The translations under genes and the position numbers were made by a program. Under the pieces are notes generated by a model that saw only the letters and a program-made list of their open reading frames with translations, searched no databases and was not told the origin of the DNA. From Patescibacteria group bacterium (GTDB lineage Bacteria; Patescibacteriota; Microgenomatia; UBA12405): a stretch of 64,000 nt of DNA. Location of the stretch: assembly GCA_050943115.1 (NCBI GenBank), contig JBMNON010000004.1:2447-66446 (forward strand). The letters are read 5' to 3'. How positions within the stretch are numbered: the stretch's first letter is position 1; each line of letters begins with the position of its first letter. Of the stretch, positions 38,333-48,969 are shown piece by piece.

Positions 38333-38764
38333 ATGCAAGTCAAAATTAAGCGCTTCGATAAAAATCTGCCTTTGCCCGCTTATAAAAGTACCGGTGCTGC
38401 CTGCACTGATCTTTATACTCGGGAAGATGCCATCATTCCCCCGGGAGGAATTTCCTATATCCCCTTAAATATCGCCCTTGAAGTTCCTGCAAGTCACCTG
38501 GCAATTATTGCTCCCAGAAGCTCAACTCACAAAATCGGCATTATGCAAGCCAATGGTATCGGCATTATTGATTCCGATTACTGCGGTGATAACGATGAAT
38601 TGGTTTTTGCAGCTTATAATTTCACCCCAGAATCCGTCAAGATTGAAAAGGGTACCCGTCTTGCCCAACTTATAATATTGGGTTATGAAAACATAGATTT
38701 TAAAGAAACCGATACCTTGGGCAATACTGACAGGGGTGGCTTCGGTTCTACAGGTCAAAAATAA
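38333..38764 (+). CDS. dut: dUTP diphosphatase.
   Basis: KSTGAACTDLY, IIDSDYCGD, RLAQLII, C-terminal GNTDRGGFGSTG motif V; 143 aa. Confidence 0.85.
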   Translation: MQVKIKRFDKNLPLPAYKSTGAACTDLYTREDAIIPPGGISYIPLNIALEVPASHLAIIAPRSSTHKIGIMQANGIGIIDSDYCGDNDELVFAAYNFTPESVKIEKGTRLAQLIILGYENIDFKETDTLGNTDRGGFGSTGQK

Positions 38765-38765
38765 A

Positions 38766-39920
38766 ATGCCTATCCGCCCGCTTGTCGACAGGATAATCAG
38801 AAAATTTGAAACAGGTTACCGGCCTTTCAACTACATCGAATTGTCCCGGTCCAGACTTTTAGCTAATTACGATTATTTTCAAAAATTATGCCCTTCATCA
38901 CAAATTTGGCCGGTACTGAAATCTAATGCTTACGGACATGGCTTACAACCGGTTGTATCGGTACTAAAGGAACGCCAGTTTGAGTATTTTGTTGTCGACA
39001 GCTATCACGAAGCCCTTAAAATTTGGGAAGTCGCTCCCCGCAAGATCCTTTTGATTGCTGCTCTGCATCCGGACAATTTCTCCAACCTTAATTACAAGAA
39101 CCTTACACTTACGATCCAAGACCCTTATTCTCTAAAAAAACTTGCCTCCCTGCGCACTCCGACTAGAATCCATTTAAAAATTAACACTGGTATGTCAAGG
39201 CAGGGAGTTGAGATTGAAGAAATTCCTCAAATCTTGCGGATTATCTTAAAAAATCCGCAAATAGAACTTGAGGGTATCTATTCACACCTTGCTGACGCTG
39301 ACAATACCGATAATTCCTTTACCATGATTCAGGAAAGCAACTTTTTGCGCGCAATAAAACTGGTTCGTCACAATGGTGTTAATCCCAAATTTATCCATCT
39401 GGCAGCTACGTCATCATCTGTCAAAGTCAACCATCATGATTTTAACGCCATCCGTCTGGGCATCGGTCTTTATGGCATTAACCCTCTTAATCCCCGGGAT
39501 CGGGATTACAAGAAATTAGAAGGGATAAAACCAGTGCTTTCATTTAAGTCAACGGTTGTAAAAACACGCACTCTCCAAAAAGGAGATTGTGTAAGTTATA
39601 ACTGTACTTATACTGCTCCTTCCTCAAGAACTATTGGCATAATTCCGGTTGGCTATTATGAGGGTATTAGCCGTCAACTTGGTAATTTTGCATCAGTCAA
39701 ATATCACGATAAATACTATCCGGTAATTGGTTTGGTATGTATGAATATGGCAGTAGTTGATTTTGGTAAAACAACTCCCGCTTTATTTGATGAAGTAGAA
39801 GTTATTAGTGCCGAAAGTGGCGATAAAAATTCCATTATCTCTTACAGTCGAGCCTGCCATGCTACTGCTTATGAATTGTTAGCCCAGCTAAATTCTTCTA
39901 CAAGAAGGCTTTTTGCTTGA
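38766..39920 (+). CDS. alr: Alanine racemase.
   Basis: PLP-lysine motif VLKSNAYGHGL, SYHEA, GMSRQG, YSHLADAD. Start taken at ATG 38766 just after the dut stop; the track start 38736 lies inside dut. Confidence 0.85.
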   Translation: MPIRPLVDRIIRKFETGYRPFNYIELSRSRLLANYDYFQKLCPSSQIWPVLKSNAYGHGLQPVVSVLKERQFEYFVVDSYHEALKIWEVAPRKILLIAALHPDNFSNLNYKNLTLTIQDPYSLKKLASLRTPTRIHLKINTGMSRQGVEIEEIPQILRIILKNPQIELEGIYSHLADADNTDNSFTMIQESNFLRAIKLVRHNGVNPKFIHLAATSSSVKVNHHDFNAIRLGIGLYGINPLNPRDRDYKKLEGIKPVLSFKSTVVKTRTLQKGDCVSYNCTYTAPSSRTIGIIPVGYYEGISRQLGNFASVKYHDKYYPVIGLVCMNMAVVDFGKTTPALFDEVEVISAESGDKNSIISYSRACHATAYELLAQLNSSTRRLFA

Positions 39921-39991
39921 TTATTTCAACACTAAGATATAAATTGGAAAACAGCAACTTTACTTAACCGGAATTATAGTAAAATTAAAGA

Positions 39992-41116
39992 ATGGTTCCT
40001 GTTTATATTCTGCTTGGTATCGTAATAGTCCTTTTGGTCTATTTTATTCTTCGCCAACCCCCCAAAGCCAAAACAGAAGAAATATCCGAGGAGTTTTTCA
40101 ACAAATTCAACGAAAAGTTCCCCGATATAATGAAAAACGCCAATTCCCTCCTTGTTTCCATGGCAGCCCAGAAACTTGATTCTCAAAAGCAGGAAATTGA
40201 AGTTGACCTGGCCAACAAGAAAGAAAATATTGAAAAGATGGTCAAGCAAGTCTTGGATGAGTTAAAAAATAGTTCCAACAAGTTAGAACAAGCCGAAAAA
40301 GACCGTGTAAGCAGCTTTTCCAGCCTTAAAAAATCACTTGAAAATTCAGAAAAGATTACCCAGCATTTATCGGCCACTACCGAAAGTTTAAGCAAAGTCC
40401 TTTCCAACAACCAGCTGCGGGGAGCTTTTGGAGAAAAAGTAGCCGAGGACCTTCTAAAAATGAGCGGGTTTGTTGTTGGCACTGATTATGAAGTAAACAA
40501 GGAGCAATCCACTACTGAAACCCGTCCCGATTTTGCTATTTTACTACCCGACGGAGCCAGGATAAACGTTGATGTTAAATTTCCTTATTCCAGCCTGACA
40601 AAAATGGCAGAAACCTCAGACGAGGAAACCAAAAACCGTTACTTAAAGATGTTTGAGCGGGATGTCAAAGATAAGATTAAACAGGTTTGTACCCGTGATT
40701 ATATCGATCCCGAAAATAAAACAGTTGACTTTGTTATTCTCTTTATCCCAAACGAAATGATATTTTCTTTTATCTACGACAAAATGACCAATGTCTGGGA
40801 AGAAGCCATGAAGAACAAGGTCGTTCTTTGTGGTCCTTTCAGCTTTACCGCAATTTTGCGTATGGTTCGCCAGGCTTACGATAACTTCCGCTATCAGAAC
40901 AATATCCAGCAAATAATAACTTACATCAAGCTTTTTGAAAAAGAGTTCGACAGCTATAATCAGGAATTCGAAAAAATCGGGGATAGGATAGAAAGCCTTT
41001 CCCGTCAGTACAACACTGTTAGTACTACCAGGACCAGGCAGCTTCTAAAAGTCGTTGACCGTATAAAAATAGAAGACTCCAATCAGAAATCATCTGTATT
41101 GGAATTGGAAAAATGA
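39992..41116 (+). CDS. rmuC: DNA recombination protein RmuC.
   Basis: N-terminal TM and coiled coil, then the RmuC core LRGAFGEKVAEDLL...RPDFAILLPDG...VDVKFP...VDFVILFIPNE; 374 aa. Confidence 0.8.
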   Translation: MVPVYILLGIVIVLLVYFILRQPPKAKTEEISEEFFNKFNEKFPDIMKNANSLLVSMAAQKLDSQKQEIEVDLANKKENIEKMVKQVLDELKNSSNKLEQAEKDRVSSFSSLKKSLENSEKITQHLSATTESLSKVLSNNQLRGAFGEKVAEDLLKMSGFVVGTDYEVNKEQSTTETRPDFAILLPDGARINVDVKFPYSSLTKMAETSDEETKNRYLKMFERDVKDKIKQVCTRDYIDPENKTVDFVILFIPNEMIFSFIYDKMTNVWEEAMKNKVVLCGPFSFTAILRMVRQAYDNFRYQNNIQQIITYIKLFEKEFDSYNQEFEKIGDRIESLSRQYNTVSTTRTRQLLKVVDRIKIEDSNQKSSVLELEK

Positions 41117-41415
41117 TCAAATACCTGGTTTTAAACCGCTGGCCGATATTTACCCTGTCCTTTCTCATAATATTACTCATATTTGTCTCCTCAGTTCCGC
41201 CTTCGGGTATAACTGCTTACCTCATATTTTTCTTTCTTCTTTTCTCGTTTTTCTTGTCTTTCACATTTATATTTACTCGCCGCATAAAAACAAACATCCT
41301 GATCGCTTTCTTCCTATTATCTGTTACCCTGATGTTTTTCTTTAACCTTGATAATCTGGTTAACATTTTCCTTTTAGCGGCTCTCTTCGTTGCCCTCTAC
41401 TTCTTATCTAAGTAA
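41113..41415 (+). CDS. Small polytopic membrane protein (100 aa), coupled to rmuC.
   Basis: Three hydrophobic helices; 4-nt overlap with the rmuC stop. Confidence 0.4.
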   Translation: MIKYLVLNRWPIFTLSFLIILLIFVSSVPPSGITAYLIFFFLLFSFFLSFTFIFTRRIKTNILIAFFLLSVTLMFFFNLDNLVNIFLLAALFVALYFLSK

Positions 41416-41426
41416 TCAATTAGCCC

Positions 41427-41455
41427 TTGACACCCGCTAGCACTCGACTTATTAT
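41427..41455 (+). promoter_or_regulatory. Near-consensus sigma70-type promoter TTGACA-N17-TATTAT upstream of hrcA, embedding a degenerate CIRCE-like half site (TAGCACTC).
   Basis: The -35 hexamer is an exact TTGACA, the spacer is 17 nt, and the -10 TATTAT ends 9 nt before the hrcA ATG (leaderless-like). The left CIRCE half TAGCACTC is present, but the right half GAGTGCTAA is only partly matched (TTGCTAA). Confidence 0.35.
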
Positions 41456-41464
41456 ATTGCTAAT

Positions 41465-42205
41465 ATGGCTGATTTAACTCAAAGACAAATAAAAATTCTT
41501 AAATGTATCACGGAAGAGTTTATTGAGACCGCCAGTCCGGTCGGGTCTGAAACATTAGAGAAAAAATACTCGCTTGGCATATCTTCGGCAACTATTAGAA
41601 ATGAAATGTCAGCCCTAACTCAATTGGGCTACCTCAAGAAAAGCCATTTGTCTTCCGGACGTGCCCCCACCTCCATCGGTCTCAAGTACTATGTTAGAAA
41701 TCTTATGACTCCTAAATCTCTTTCTATCAGCGAGGAAATTGGTGCCAAAGAAAAAATATGGGACTATCGGAATGAGTTTGAAAAATTACTTCGAGAAGCC
41801 ACCAAAGAATTGGCTTCACGTACCCGATCCATGGCTATAGCCACCACCGACCAGGGTAATCTTTATAGTTATGGAGCTTCCAATCTTCTTGAAGAACCCG
41901 AATTCTACAATATCGACGTTACCAAAACGGTTCTCTCCCTTGTTGACAATGTAAACTATTGGTTTGATATTTTAAACAAAGCCGAATCTGTCCAAAACCC
42001 CACCGGCGAGGAATTTGTCCACCTTCTGATTGGAGAAGATTTGGGTATGGAACATTTGGAGCCTTGCGGCTTTGTTTATCAGACTTACGAAGCCGGCCCT
42101 CACCGCGGTATTATGGGCATAGTCGGACCGGCTCGCTTCCGCTATACCGTAATTGTTCCCATAGTTGACTATTTTGCCGAACTCGTTTCCACCGTTACCC
42201 GTTAA
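41465..42205 (+). CDS. hrcA: Heat-inducible transcription repressor HrcA (short form).
   Basis: N-terminal wHTH LTQRQIKILKCITEEFIETASPVGSETLEKKYSLGISSATIRNEMSAL is highly HrcA-like; 246 aa; first gene of the hrcA-grpE-dnaK-dnaJ array. Confidence 0.8.
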   Translation: MADLTQRQIKILKCITEEFIETASPVGSETLEKKYSLGISSATIRNEMSALTQLGYLKKSHLSSGRAPTSIGLKYYVRNLMTPKSLSISEEIGAKEKIWDYRNEFEKLLREATKELASRTRSMAIATTDQGNLYSYGASNLLEEPEFYNIDVTKTVLSLVDNVNYWFDILNKAESVQNPTGEEFVHLLIGEDLGMEHLEPCGFVYQTYEAGPHRGIMGIVGPARFRYTVIVPIVDYFAELVSTVTR

Positions 42206-42213
42206 TCACAAAT

Positions 42214-42681
42214 ATGTCTCAAGAAAAGAAAGGAAAAACCACTAAAAAAGTTAACAGCGCCAAATTAAGCCATTTGGAGGAACAGATATCGGAGCTGAAG
42301 GAAAAATTAGCCAGGTCTCTTGCCGACTATTCTAATCTGGAAAAAAGAATCGATAGCCAGAAACAGCTTTTTGTAACCTTGGCTACCACCGGTATACTGA
42401 CCAAGATGGTGGAAGTTCTCGATGACTTTTATTTAGCTCAGAATCACCTTGGCGATCCCGGTCTGCAGATGGCCATAGACAAATTCCTTGCTGTGCTTAA
42501 ATCTGAAGGCCTGGAAGAAATCGACGCTCTCGGCAAGGAGTTCGATCCAAAAACCATGGACTGTGTTGACGTTACTGAAGGTACTCAGGATTATGTTGTC
42601 GAAATCAGGAAAAAAGGTTATTTGTTAAATGATCACGTTCTCCGTCCGGCTCATGTAGTCGTTGGCAGAGAAACTAATTAA
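42214..42681 (+). CDS. grpE: Nucleotide exchange factor GrpE.
   Basis: Coiled-coil N-terminus and C-terminal beta domain (YLLNDHVLRPAHVVVG); 155 aa. Confidence 0.85.
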   Translation: MSQEKKGKTTKKVNSAKLSHLEEQISELKEKLARSLADYSNLEKRIDSQKQLFVTLATTGILTKMVEVLDDFYLAQNHLGDPGLQMAIDKFLAVLKSEGLEEIDALGKEFDPKTMDCVDVTEGTQDYVVEIRKKGYLLNDHVLRPAHVVVGRETN

Positions 42682-42706
42682 TAATTTATTAATTAAATTT
42701 TAAATT

Positions 42707-44608
42707 ATGGCAAATAAAATAATTGGAATCGATTTAGGTACCACAAACTCCTGCGTTGCTGTTATGGAAGGTGGTAACCCAAAAGTTATCCTCACTTCAG
42801 AAGGAAGGAACCTCATTCCTTCAGTTGTTGAACCGGTTAAAGGATTGGTGGGTGATCTTGCCAAAAGGCAAATGGTCCTTAACCCTGAAAATACAATTTA
42901 CAGTATTAAAAGGCTAATGGGTCGGCGCATTGACGATCCTGAGGTTGAAAAAACCAAAAAATCCGTGCCTTATAAAAATGTATCCGGAAAAGATAATACT
43001 GCCTCGGTCGAAGTAAATGGCAAGCAATATACTCCTCAGGAGATATCGGCCATGATTCTCCAGAAAGCCAAATCTGATGCTGAAAAATACTTGGGCGAGA
43101 AAGTCACTGATGCCGTTGTCACCGTTCCGGCTTATTTTGATGATTCCCAGCGTCAGGCTACCAAGCAGGCAGGTGAAATTGCTGGTCTTAGCGTCAAGCG
43201 CATAGTCAACGAACCTACAGCTGCAGCTCTGGCTTATGGTTTGGATAAAAAAAATAGCGGTTTAATTGCTGTTTACGATTTAGGCGGGGGTACTTTTGAT
43301 ATTTCCATCCTGGAAATTGGCGAAGGGGTATTTGAAGTAAAAGCCACTAACGGCGATACCTTCCTTGGCGGCGATGACTTTGACAATCGGATTATTGACT
43401 GGCTTCTTGATAATTTTCAAAAAGATAACGGCGTTGATCTTCGCAGCGATCCGCAAGCCCTTCAAAGGGTTAGGGAAGCTGCCGAGAAAGCCAAAATCGA
43501 GCTTTCCAGCACCAATCAAACTGAAATTAACTTGCCTTTTATAACTCAAAAGGAAGGCCAGCCTCTCCACTTGACAGCTACCCTTAGCCGTTCCGAGTTG
43601 GAAAAACTGGTCGATGACTTAATCCAGAAAACTATTACCCCTGTTGAGCAGTGTCTCAAAGATGCTGGCGTTTCCAAATCGGACATCACCGATATCTTGA
43701 TGGTGGGTGGCATGACCCGCATGCCCAAAGTCCAGCAGGTAGTCAAAGATTTCTTTGGCAAAGAACTTAATACTACCGTCAATCCTGATGAGGTTGTCGC
43801 TATCGGAGCAGCCGTCCAGGGTGCTGTTTTAACCGGCGAGGTAAAAGATGTGGTTCTCTTGGACGTCACCCCGCTTACTCTTGGAATTGAAACTGCCGGT
43901 GGAGTTAGGACACCCCTTATAGAAAGAAACACCACCGTACCCACCAAGAAATCCCAAATATTCACTACATATTCTGACAACCAACCACAGGTGGAAATTA
44001 ACGTATTGCAGGGTGAAAGGCCTATGGCTACCGACAATAAATCACTGGGCCGTTTCGTTCTCGACGGTATCGCTCCTGCTCCACGTGGCGTCCCACAGAT
44101 CGAAGTCACCTTCGATATCGACAGTAATGGCATTCTCAATGTTTCTGCCAAAGATAAGGGCACAAACAAAGAACAGAAGATTACGATTCAAAATGCCACT
44201 AATTTGTCCCAAGAGGAAGTGGAGACTATGAAGGCAGAAGCTGAAAAGTTTGCTGCCCAGGACGAAGAGAAAAAGCAGCTTGTTGAATCCAGAAACAGGC
44301 TTGATTCCACCATCTTTTCCGCCGAAAAAACTCTCAAGGATTTGGGTGACAAAATAAAGGCCGAGGATAAGGTCAAAGTCGAGGAAAAGCTAAAACAAGC
44401 CAAAGATGTTATGGTCAAAACCGATGTCAAAAAAGACGAACTCGACAAAACTACTGAGGAATTAAGTCAAATCCTTCAAACAGTCGGAGCGGCCTTTTAT
44501 CAGCAGGGTGAACAACCCGGCCAACAACCCGGTCCGCAGGATAATCAGGAGAAAGAAGATGGCAAGGATAAAAAGGACGAACCCGAGGAAGGTGAGGTCG
44601 TCAGCTAA
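42707..44608 (+). CDS. dnaK: Hsp70 chaperone DnaK.
   Basis: [22 protein letters not shown], substrate-binding domain, C-terminal EEGEVV-like tail; 633 aa. Confidence 0.95.
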   Translation: MANKIIGIDLGTTNSCVAVMEGGNPKVILTSEGRNLIPSVVEPVKGLVGDLAKRQMVLNPENTIYSIKRLMGRRIDDPEVEKTKKSVPYKNVSGKDNTASVEVNGKQYTPQEISAMILQKAKSDAEKYLGEKVTDAVVTVPAYFDDSQRQATKQAGEIAGLSVKRIVNEPTAAALAYGLDKKNSGLIAVYDLGGGTFDISILEIGEGVFEVKATNGDTFLGGDDFDNRIIDWLLDNFQKDNGVDLRSDPQALQRVREAAEKAKIELSSTNQTEINLPFITQKEGQPLHLTATLSRSELEKLVDDLIQKTITPVEQCLKDAGVSKSDITDILMVGGMTRMPKVQQVVKDFFGKELNTTVNPDEVVAIGAAVQGAVLTGEVKDVVLLDVTPLTLGIETAGGVRTPLIERNTTVPTKKSQIFTTYSDNQPQVEINVLQGERPMATDNKSLGRFVLDGIAPAPRGVPQIEVTFDIDSNGILNVSAKDKGTNKEQKITIQNATNLSQEEVETMKAEAEKFAAQDEEKKQLVESRNRLDSTIFSAEKTLKDLGDKIKAEDKVKVEEKLKQAKDVMVKTDVKKDELDKTTEELSQILQTVGAAFYQQGEQPGQQPGPQDNQEKEDGKDKKDEPEEGEVVS

Positions 44609-44614
44609 TCAAAA

Positions 44615-44636
44615 CCGTCCGGGAATTCCCGGACGG
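44615..44636 (+). terminator. Perfect GC-rich palindrome CCGTCCGGG-AATT-CCCGGACGG between dnaK and dnaJ (attenuator/processing hairpin).
   Basis: 9-bp perfect stem read directly, located 7 nt after the dnaK stop and 17 nt before the dnaJ start. It shares the CCGTCC/GGACGG core with the palindrome at 681-705. Confidence 0.4.
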
Positions 44637-44652
44637 GATAAAATATAAACTT

Positions 44653-45504
44653 ATGAAACGAGATTATTATGAAGTCTTGGGTGTTTCCAAGAATGCCAGC
44701 AGTGATGAGATCAAAAAAGCTTACCGTAAGCTTGCCTTGGAGTATCATCCTGACCGCAACAAATCTTCTGATGCCGAAGAAAAATTTAAGGAAATCAACG
44801 AGGCTTATGAAGTTCTAAGTAACGACCAGAAAAAACAAGCATATGATCAATTTGGGCATGCCGCTTTCGACCCCAATTCCGGACCTTTTGGCGGCCATAC
44901 CTACACCAGGCAAAACGGTCCTTTCAACTTTACCTACACAACTAGTGGCAACCCTTTCGGGGAAGCGGATTTTGACTTTGGCGGCTTTAGCAATCCTTTC
45001 GACATCTTCGAGCAGTTTTTCGGCACCTCTTTTGGTCGGGATAGAGGACCGCGCTTGCCCACCTATAAAATCCAGGTAAGTTTTCTTGAAGCTGCTAACG
45101 GAGTTGAAAAGGAAGTCATTGTTGATGGAAAAAAGACCAAGGTTAAAATTCCGGCGGGTATCGACGACGGTCAGAGGATAAAATTTAAAGATTTTTATCT
45201 TTACGTGGACGTCCTCCCTAACGACACTTTTCAGCGTGAGGGTAATAACGTTTTTGTTACCAAAGCAATTAGCTTCTCACAAGCGGCTCTTGGAGCTGAT
45301 ATCGAGGTCCCCACCCTAACTGGCAGTCTAAAAGTAAAAGTCCGGCCGGGTACCCAACCCAACACTTTAATTAGGCTAAGAGGCAAGGGGATTAAGGATA
45401 TCGGTGGCTACGGATACGGTGATTTGTATATTCGTCTTCAGGTGGAGGTTCCCACCCGGCTCTCAAATAAACAAAAAGAATTACTCAAAGAACTGGGTTT
45501 GTAG
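44653..45504 (+). CDS. dnaJ: DnaJ-class co-chaperone lacking the Cys-rich zinc-finger domain (type II, CbpA-like architecture).
   Basis: J domain with HPD (YHPDRN) and a G/F-rich region, followed directly by C-terminal beta-sandwich domains. There are no CxxCxGxG repeats. 283 aa. Confidence 0.8.
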   Translation: MKRDYYEVLGVSKNASSDEIKKAYRKLALEYHPDRNKSSDAEEKFKEINEAYEVLSNDQKKQAYDQFGHAAFDPNSGPFGGHTYTRQNGPFNFTYTTSGNPFGEADFDFGGFSNPFDIFEQFFGTSFGRDRGPRLPTYKIQVSFLEAANGVEKEVIVDGKKTKVKIPAGIDDGQRIKFKDFYLYVDVLPNDTFQREGNNVFVTKAISFSQAALGADIEVPTLTGSLKVKVRPGTQPNTLIRLRGKGIKDIGGYGYGDLYIRLQVEVPTRLSNKQKELLKELGL

Positions 45505-45515
45505 ATATTTTAGGT

Positions 45516-45545
45516 TTGTATCTTAAACACATCCTTTGTTATAAT
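45516..45545 (+). promoter_or_regulatory. Candidate promoter for nusA-infB: TTGTAT-N18-(TGn)TATAAT with extended -10.
   Basis: Hexamers read directly, 77 nt upstream of the nusA ATG. Confidence 0.35.
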
Positions 45546-45571
45546 ATCTCAGATTAAATTTGTGTAATTGG

Positions 45572-45602
45572 AATGGGGGCGTGACAGTCCCCATTTTTGT
45601 TT
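45572..45602 (+). terminator. Intrinsic-terminator-like hairpin (AATGGGG-loop-CCCCATT plus TTTGTTT) in the dnaJ-nusA spacer / nusA leader.
   Basis: 7-bp GC-rich stem, 10-nt loop, followed by a T-rich tract. It terminates the dnaK operon and/or acts as a nusA leader attenuator, since it lies downstream of the candidate promoter. Confidence 0.5.
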
Positions 45603-45621
45603 ACACCTCAAGGAGAAAATT

Positions 45622-46608
45622 ATGGATTTAAAAAGATTACCAAAAACAGAATTTGCTGCTGCTGTAGCTCAAATTGCCGGTGAGCGTAATATTGACATTC
45701 AGGCAATCCTGGATTCTATCGAACTCGGTCTAGTATCTGCCTATAGAAGAGATCAGAAAGAGCATGGGATTATCGTTCCCGAAGAAGATATCTTTACGGT
45801 TGAACTGTCACCGGAAACTGGTTCTTTCCGGGTTTACAAGGTCGATGATGATCAAAAAACTGATGTTACACCCCCAGGATTCGGGCGTATTGCTGCTCAA
45901 ACTGCCAAACAGGTTATTGATCAAAAGATCCGTGAAGCTGAGAAGGAGGTCCTAATCTCAGAATATGAAAAGAAAATCGGTACTCTTCTTCCCGGAACTA
46001 TTTTGCACATCGATCCTTTTAAAGCCAGTGTCGGTATCGGCAAGGCTGAAGGTATCTATCCCAAGGAAGAACAGGTAAGAAATGAAGCCCTAACACTGGG
46101 TACTAGAAAACTATTTCTATTAAAAGAAATAAGTGAGATGGAAACCGGCCGTAAAGATATAATCTTATCCCGCAAGGATCCAGAATTTATTCGTCAACTC
46201 TTCGCCCGAGAGGTACCCGAAGTCGGCAATCATACCGTCATCATTGAAAAAATTGCCCGTACTCCCGGGGTCAGAACCAAGGTTGCCGTGTCTTCTACTC
46301 AGCCGGGAGTTGATCCTGTTGGTTCCTGTATCGGCCAAAAGGGTTCTCGGATACAATCAGTATTAAACGAGCTGCCTGAAGATGAGAAGGTCGATGTTGT
46401 TCCCTTCTCAAAAAACTTAAGCCAGTTTATTGTTCAGGCTCTCTCTCCGGCTGAAGGGGTAAAAGTTGAATCTATTCAAAACGGTATTGCCCTGGTTACC
46501 GTCCCAGAAGATCAGCAAGCCCTAGCTATCGGTGGCGGGGGTGAGAATGTCCACTTGGCAGGTGAATTGGCCGGTGTGGAAATTAAAATCGAAGCAGAGA
46601 AAAAGTAA
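45622..46608 (+). CDS. nusA: Transcription termination/antitermination factor NusA (core only, no C-terminal acidic repeats).
   Basis: Start at ATG 45622 preceded by AAGGAG (the track ORF begins 18 codons upstream). S1 and two KH domains (GSCIGQKGSRIQ); 328 aa. Confidence 0.85.
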   Translation: MDLKRLPKTEFAAAVAQIAGERNIDIQAILDSIELGLVSAYRRDQKEHGIIVPEEDIFTVELSPETGSFRVYKVDDDQKTDVTPPGFGRIAAQTAKQVIDQKIREAEKEVLISEYEKKIGTLLPGTILHIDPFKASVGIGKAEGIYPKEEQVRNEALTLGTRKLFLLKEISEMETGRKDIILSRKDPEFIRQLFAREVPEVGNHTVIIEKIARTPGVRTKVAVSSTQPGVDPVGSCIGQKGSRIQSVLNELPEDEKVDVVPFSKNLSQFIVQALSPAEGVKVESIQNGIALVTVPEDQQALAIGGGGENVHLAGELAGVEIKIEAEKK

Positions 46609-46665
46609 TTTTTCTCAAATAAAAATTTTTAGGTTTAATCTTAGCCTTAATAGGATGGGAGTTCT

Positions 46666-48123
46666 ATGGAAAACACTAACGCAAAAACAAAAATAAAAAC
46701 ACTATTCAGACCACCCGTCGTTGCCCTGATGGGCCACATTGATCACGGAAAAACTTCACTGTTAGATAAAATTCGGGCCACCAACACCTGGAAAAGGGAG
46801 GTTGGTGGGATTACTCAGCATATTGGGGCATACCAGGCCGCCGTCAAAGAAAAAGACGGTCAGGAAAAGCTGATAACCTTTATCGATACTCCCGGCCACG
46901 CTGCTTTTATTAATATGCGGGCCAGGGGCGCCCAGGCTACCGATCTGGTCGTCCTGGTCATTGCCGCCACCGAAGGTGTGATGGCTCAAACCAAAGAGTG
47001 TCTGCGACACATCAAAGACGCCAGCCTTCCCTTTATTGTTGCCATGAATAAGATGGATCTTCCCGGAAGCCAACCCGATAAAGTCAAAGGTCAACTGGTA
47101 GAAATGGGGTACACCCCCGAAGAATACGGAGGACAGCTTGCAGTAATACCCGTTTCTGCCAAAACCGGAGAGGGAATTGATGATCTTTTAAGTATGATTC
47201 TTCTTAACGCAGAAATTATGGAGTTGAAATCAGAACCCGATGCTTCTGTGGAGGCCATTGTTATCGAGTCAAAAGTTGACAAAAGAAAAGGTCCTGTCGC
47301 CTCGGCTATTGTTAAAAAGGGCACTCTTCGCCTAGGAGACCAGATTTATGCTGAGAACATCCCTTGCAAAATCAAAGCCATGGTTGACTATACCGGCAGC
47401 AACATCAAAGAAGCCGGTCCTGGTACTCCAGTTGAAATCTTGGGGTTCCAGCAAGTTCCCGCTGTTGGTAGCCTTATAACCACTCAAGCCAAAGCGGTTG
47501 AAGTGGAAAAAGAAGTGGCTCAGGCACGGACTACAATAGTAGACGAGGAAACGCCAAAGCTTCCGGTAATTATAAAGGCCGATACCGAAGGCACCCTTGA
47601 AGCTCTTTTGGGTAGTTTTTCTGATGATGTTCTTATAATATTTTCCGGCATTGGTCCGGTTACTGATAACGATGTTTTTATGGCTCAAACCTCAGGCGCT
47701 CAAATTTTTGCCTTCGATGTCAAGACTCCTTCTTTTATCCATAAGTTAGCCGAAAATAATGGTGTTAGGGTTATGGAGTCCAGGGTTATTTATGAAATAA
47801 TCGATGATATTCAGGCCCAGGTCCTAAAAATACTTGAACCCACTATTGATGAAACTATACTTGGCGAAGGTATTGTCAAAGCTGAATTCAAAATTAATAA
47901 AGTTAGGATTGCCGGAGTTGAAGTAACCAAGGGTGAAATTGTCAAGAGCGCCCCGGTCCACATCAAAAGGAACGGTAAAATCATCAAGGACACCAAAATC
48001 GACACCCTCAAGCAAGGCAAGGAGGATGTCGAAAAAGTAAAAATGGGGAACGATTGTGGCATAACATTCAAGCCTTATGTTGATTTTAAGGAAAATGATG
48101 TTATAATATCCTATAACAAATAA
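46666..48123 (+). CDS. infB: Translation initiation factor IF-2, short form (G domain onward).
   Basis: [29 protein letters not shown]; C-terminal beta barrels; 485 aa. Confidence 0.9.
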   Translation: MENTNAKTKIKTLFRPPVVALMGHIDHGKTSLLDKIRATNTWKREVGGITQHIGAYQAAVKEKDGQEKLITFIDTPGHAAFINMRARGAQATDLVVLVIAATEGVMAQTKECLRHIKDASLPFIVAMNKMDLPGSQPDKVKGQLVEMGYTPEEYGGQLAVIPVSAKTGEGIDDLLSMILLNAEIMELKSEPDASVEAIVIESKVDKRKGPVASAIVKKGTLRLGDQIYAENIPCKIKAMVDYTGSNIKEAGPGTPVEILGFQQVPAVGSLITTQAKAVEVEKEVAQARTTIVDEETPKLPVIIKADTEGTLEALLGSFSDDVLIIFSGIGPVTDNDVFMAQTSGAQIFAFDVKTPSFIHKLAENNGVRVMESRVIYEIIDDIQAQVLKILEPTIDETILGEGIVKAEFKINKVRIAGVEVTKGEIVKSAPVHIKRNGKIIKDTKIDTLKQGKEDVEKVKMGNDCGITFKPYVDFKENDVIISYNK

Positions 48124-48126
48124 TTA

Positions 48127-48969
48127 ATGTCTCAAAATAACATGAATTTGAGCCAAAATAACCGCTCGGTTATCGAAGAGACAGGTAATCTTAAAAAATT
48201 TGGAAGCAGGCCAAATATGAAAAACTATAAAGTTGATTCCATCAAAAACTTAATTGACGGTGCCAAAAGCGCTCTGATTGTTGTCCCTGAACTAAACATC
48301 GATAGTGCCGGAGCTGCTCTTGCCTTAGCTTTACTTTTAAAAAAACAGGGCAAGCAGGTTCAGGTTTACTCGCCTCAATCTACCGACAATAATTATTCCA
48401 GGTTAGCCGGTCTCGATCTCTTAACCAACAATTTAACCAGCAGCGATTTGATTATTTCCCTCAATTATCCTCTGGATCAAATTGACCAGGTTTCTTATAA
48501 CGACGATGGCGGTAAATTGAATTTGGTTGTTAAGACCAAAGACAACGCCCCGAAAATCGAAAACGATAGTATCATCGTCAACAACCAGTCATCCGTTGCC
48601 GATGTCAATATTATGCTTGGTGACGAAACTAAATTGGAAAATCAGGAGATCATCAAAAAGGGTAATTGGGTACTAATCACTCCTCAAAACGTTAGTAAAG
48701 ACTGGCCAAAAGCTACTTTAGTCGACCCCGATGCCCCTTACTCTGAAATCTTCACCTTCTTACTGCCCATGCTTGGATTAGATTTGGACACCGATTCAGG
48801 CAAGGACCTATTAATTGGTTTAAGAGTTGCCACCCAGTCTTTTTCCGTTAATGTCTCACCCGAAACATTTGAAGCTGGCGCCATTAACTTGAGGGCTACT
48901 CAGCCTCCCGCCGAGTCTTCTTCAAATCAGGGTGGTAATCCCGAGCCCTCATCTGTATCCACAGTCTAA
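48127..48969 (+). CDS. DHH-family-like protein with degenerate catalytic motifs (NrnA-like position between infB and rpsO).
   Basis: ALIVVPELNIDSAGAALALALLLKKQGKQVQVY aligns with the NrnA motif I region (isHxnPDGDAiGSslaL), but the His and first Asp are replaced and no DHH triad is visible. 280 aa. Confidence 0.35.
   Translation: MSQNNMNLSQNNRSVIEETGNLKKFGSRPNMKNYKVDSIKNLIDGAKSALIVVPELNIDSAGAALALALLLKKQGKQVQVYSPQSTDNNYSRLAGLDLLTNNLTSSDLIISLNYPLDQIDQVSYNDDGGKLNLVVKTKDNAPKIENDSIIVNNQSSVADVNIMLGDETKLENQEIIKKGNWVLITPQNVSKDWPKATLVDPDAPYSEIFTFLLPMLGLDLDTDSGKDLLIGLRVATQSFSVNVSPETFEAGAINLRATQPPAESSSNQGGNPEPSSVSTV

Noticed and set aside
41433-41464. Full CIRCE operator upstream of hrcA
   Set aside because: Only the left half (TAGCACTC) matches. 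The right arm has 4/9 matches, so it is reported as vestigial rather than a CIRCE feature.
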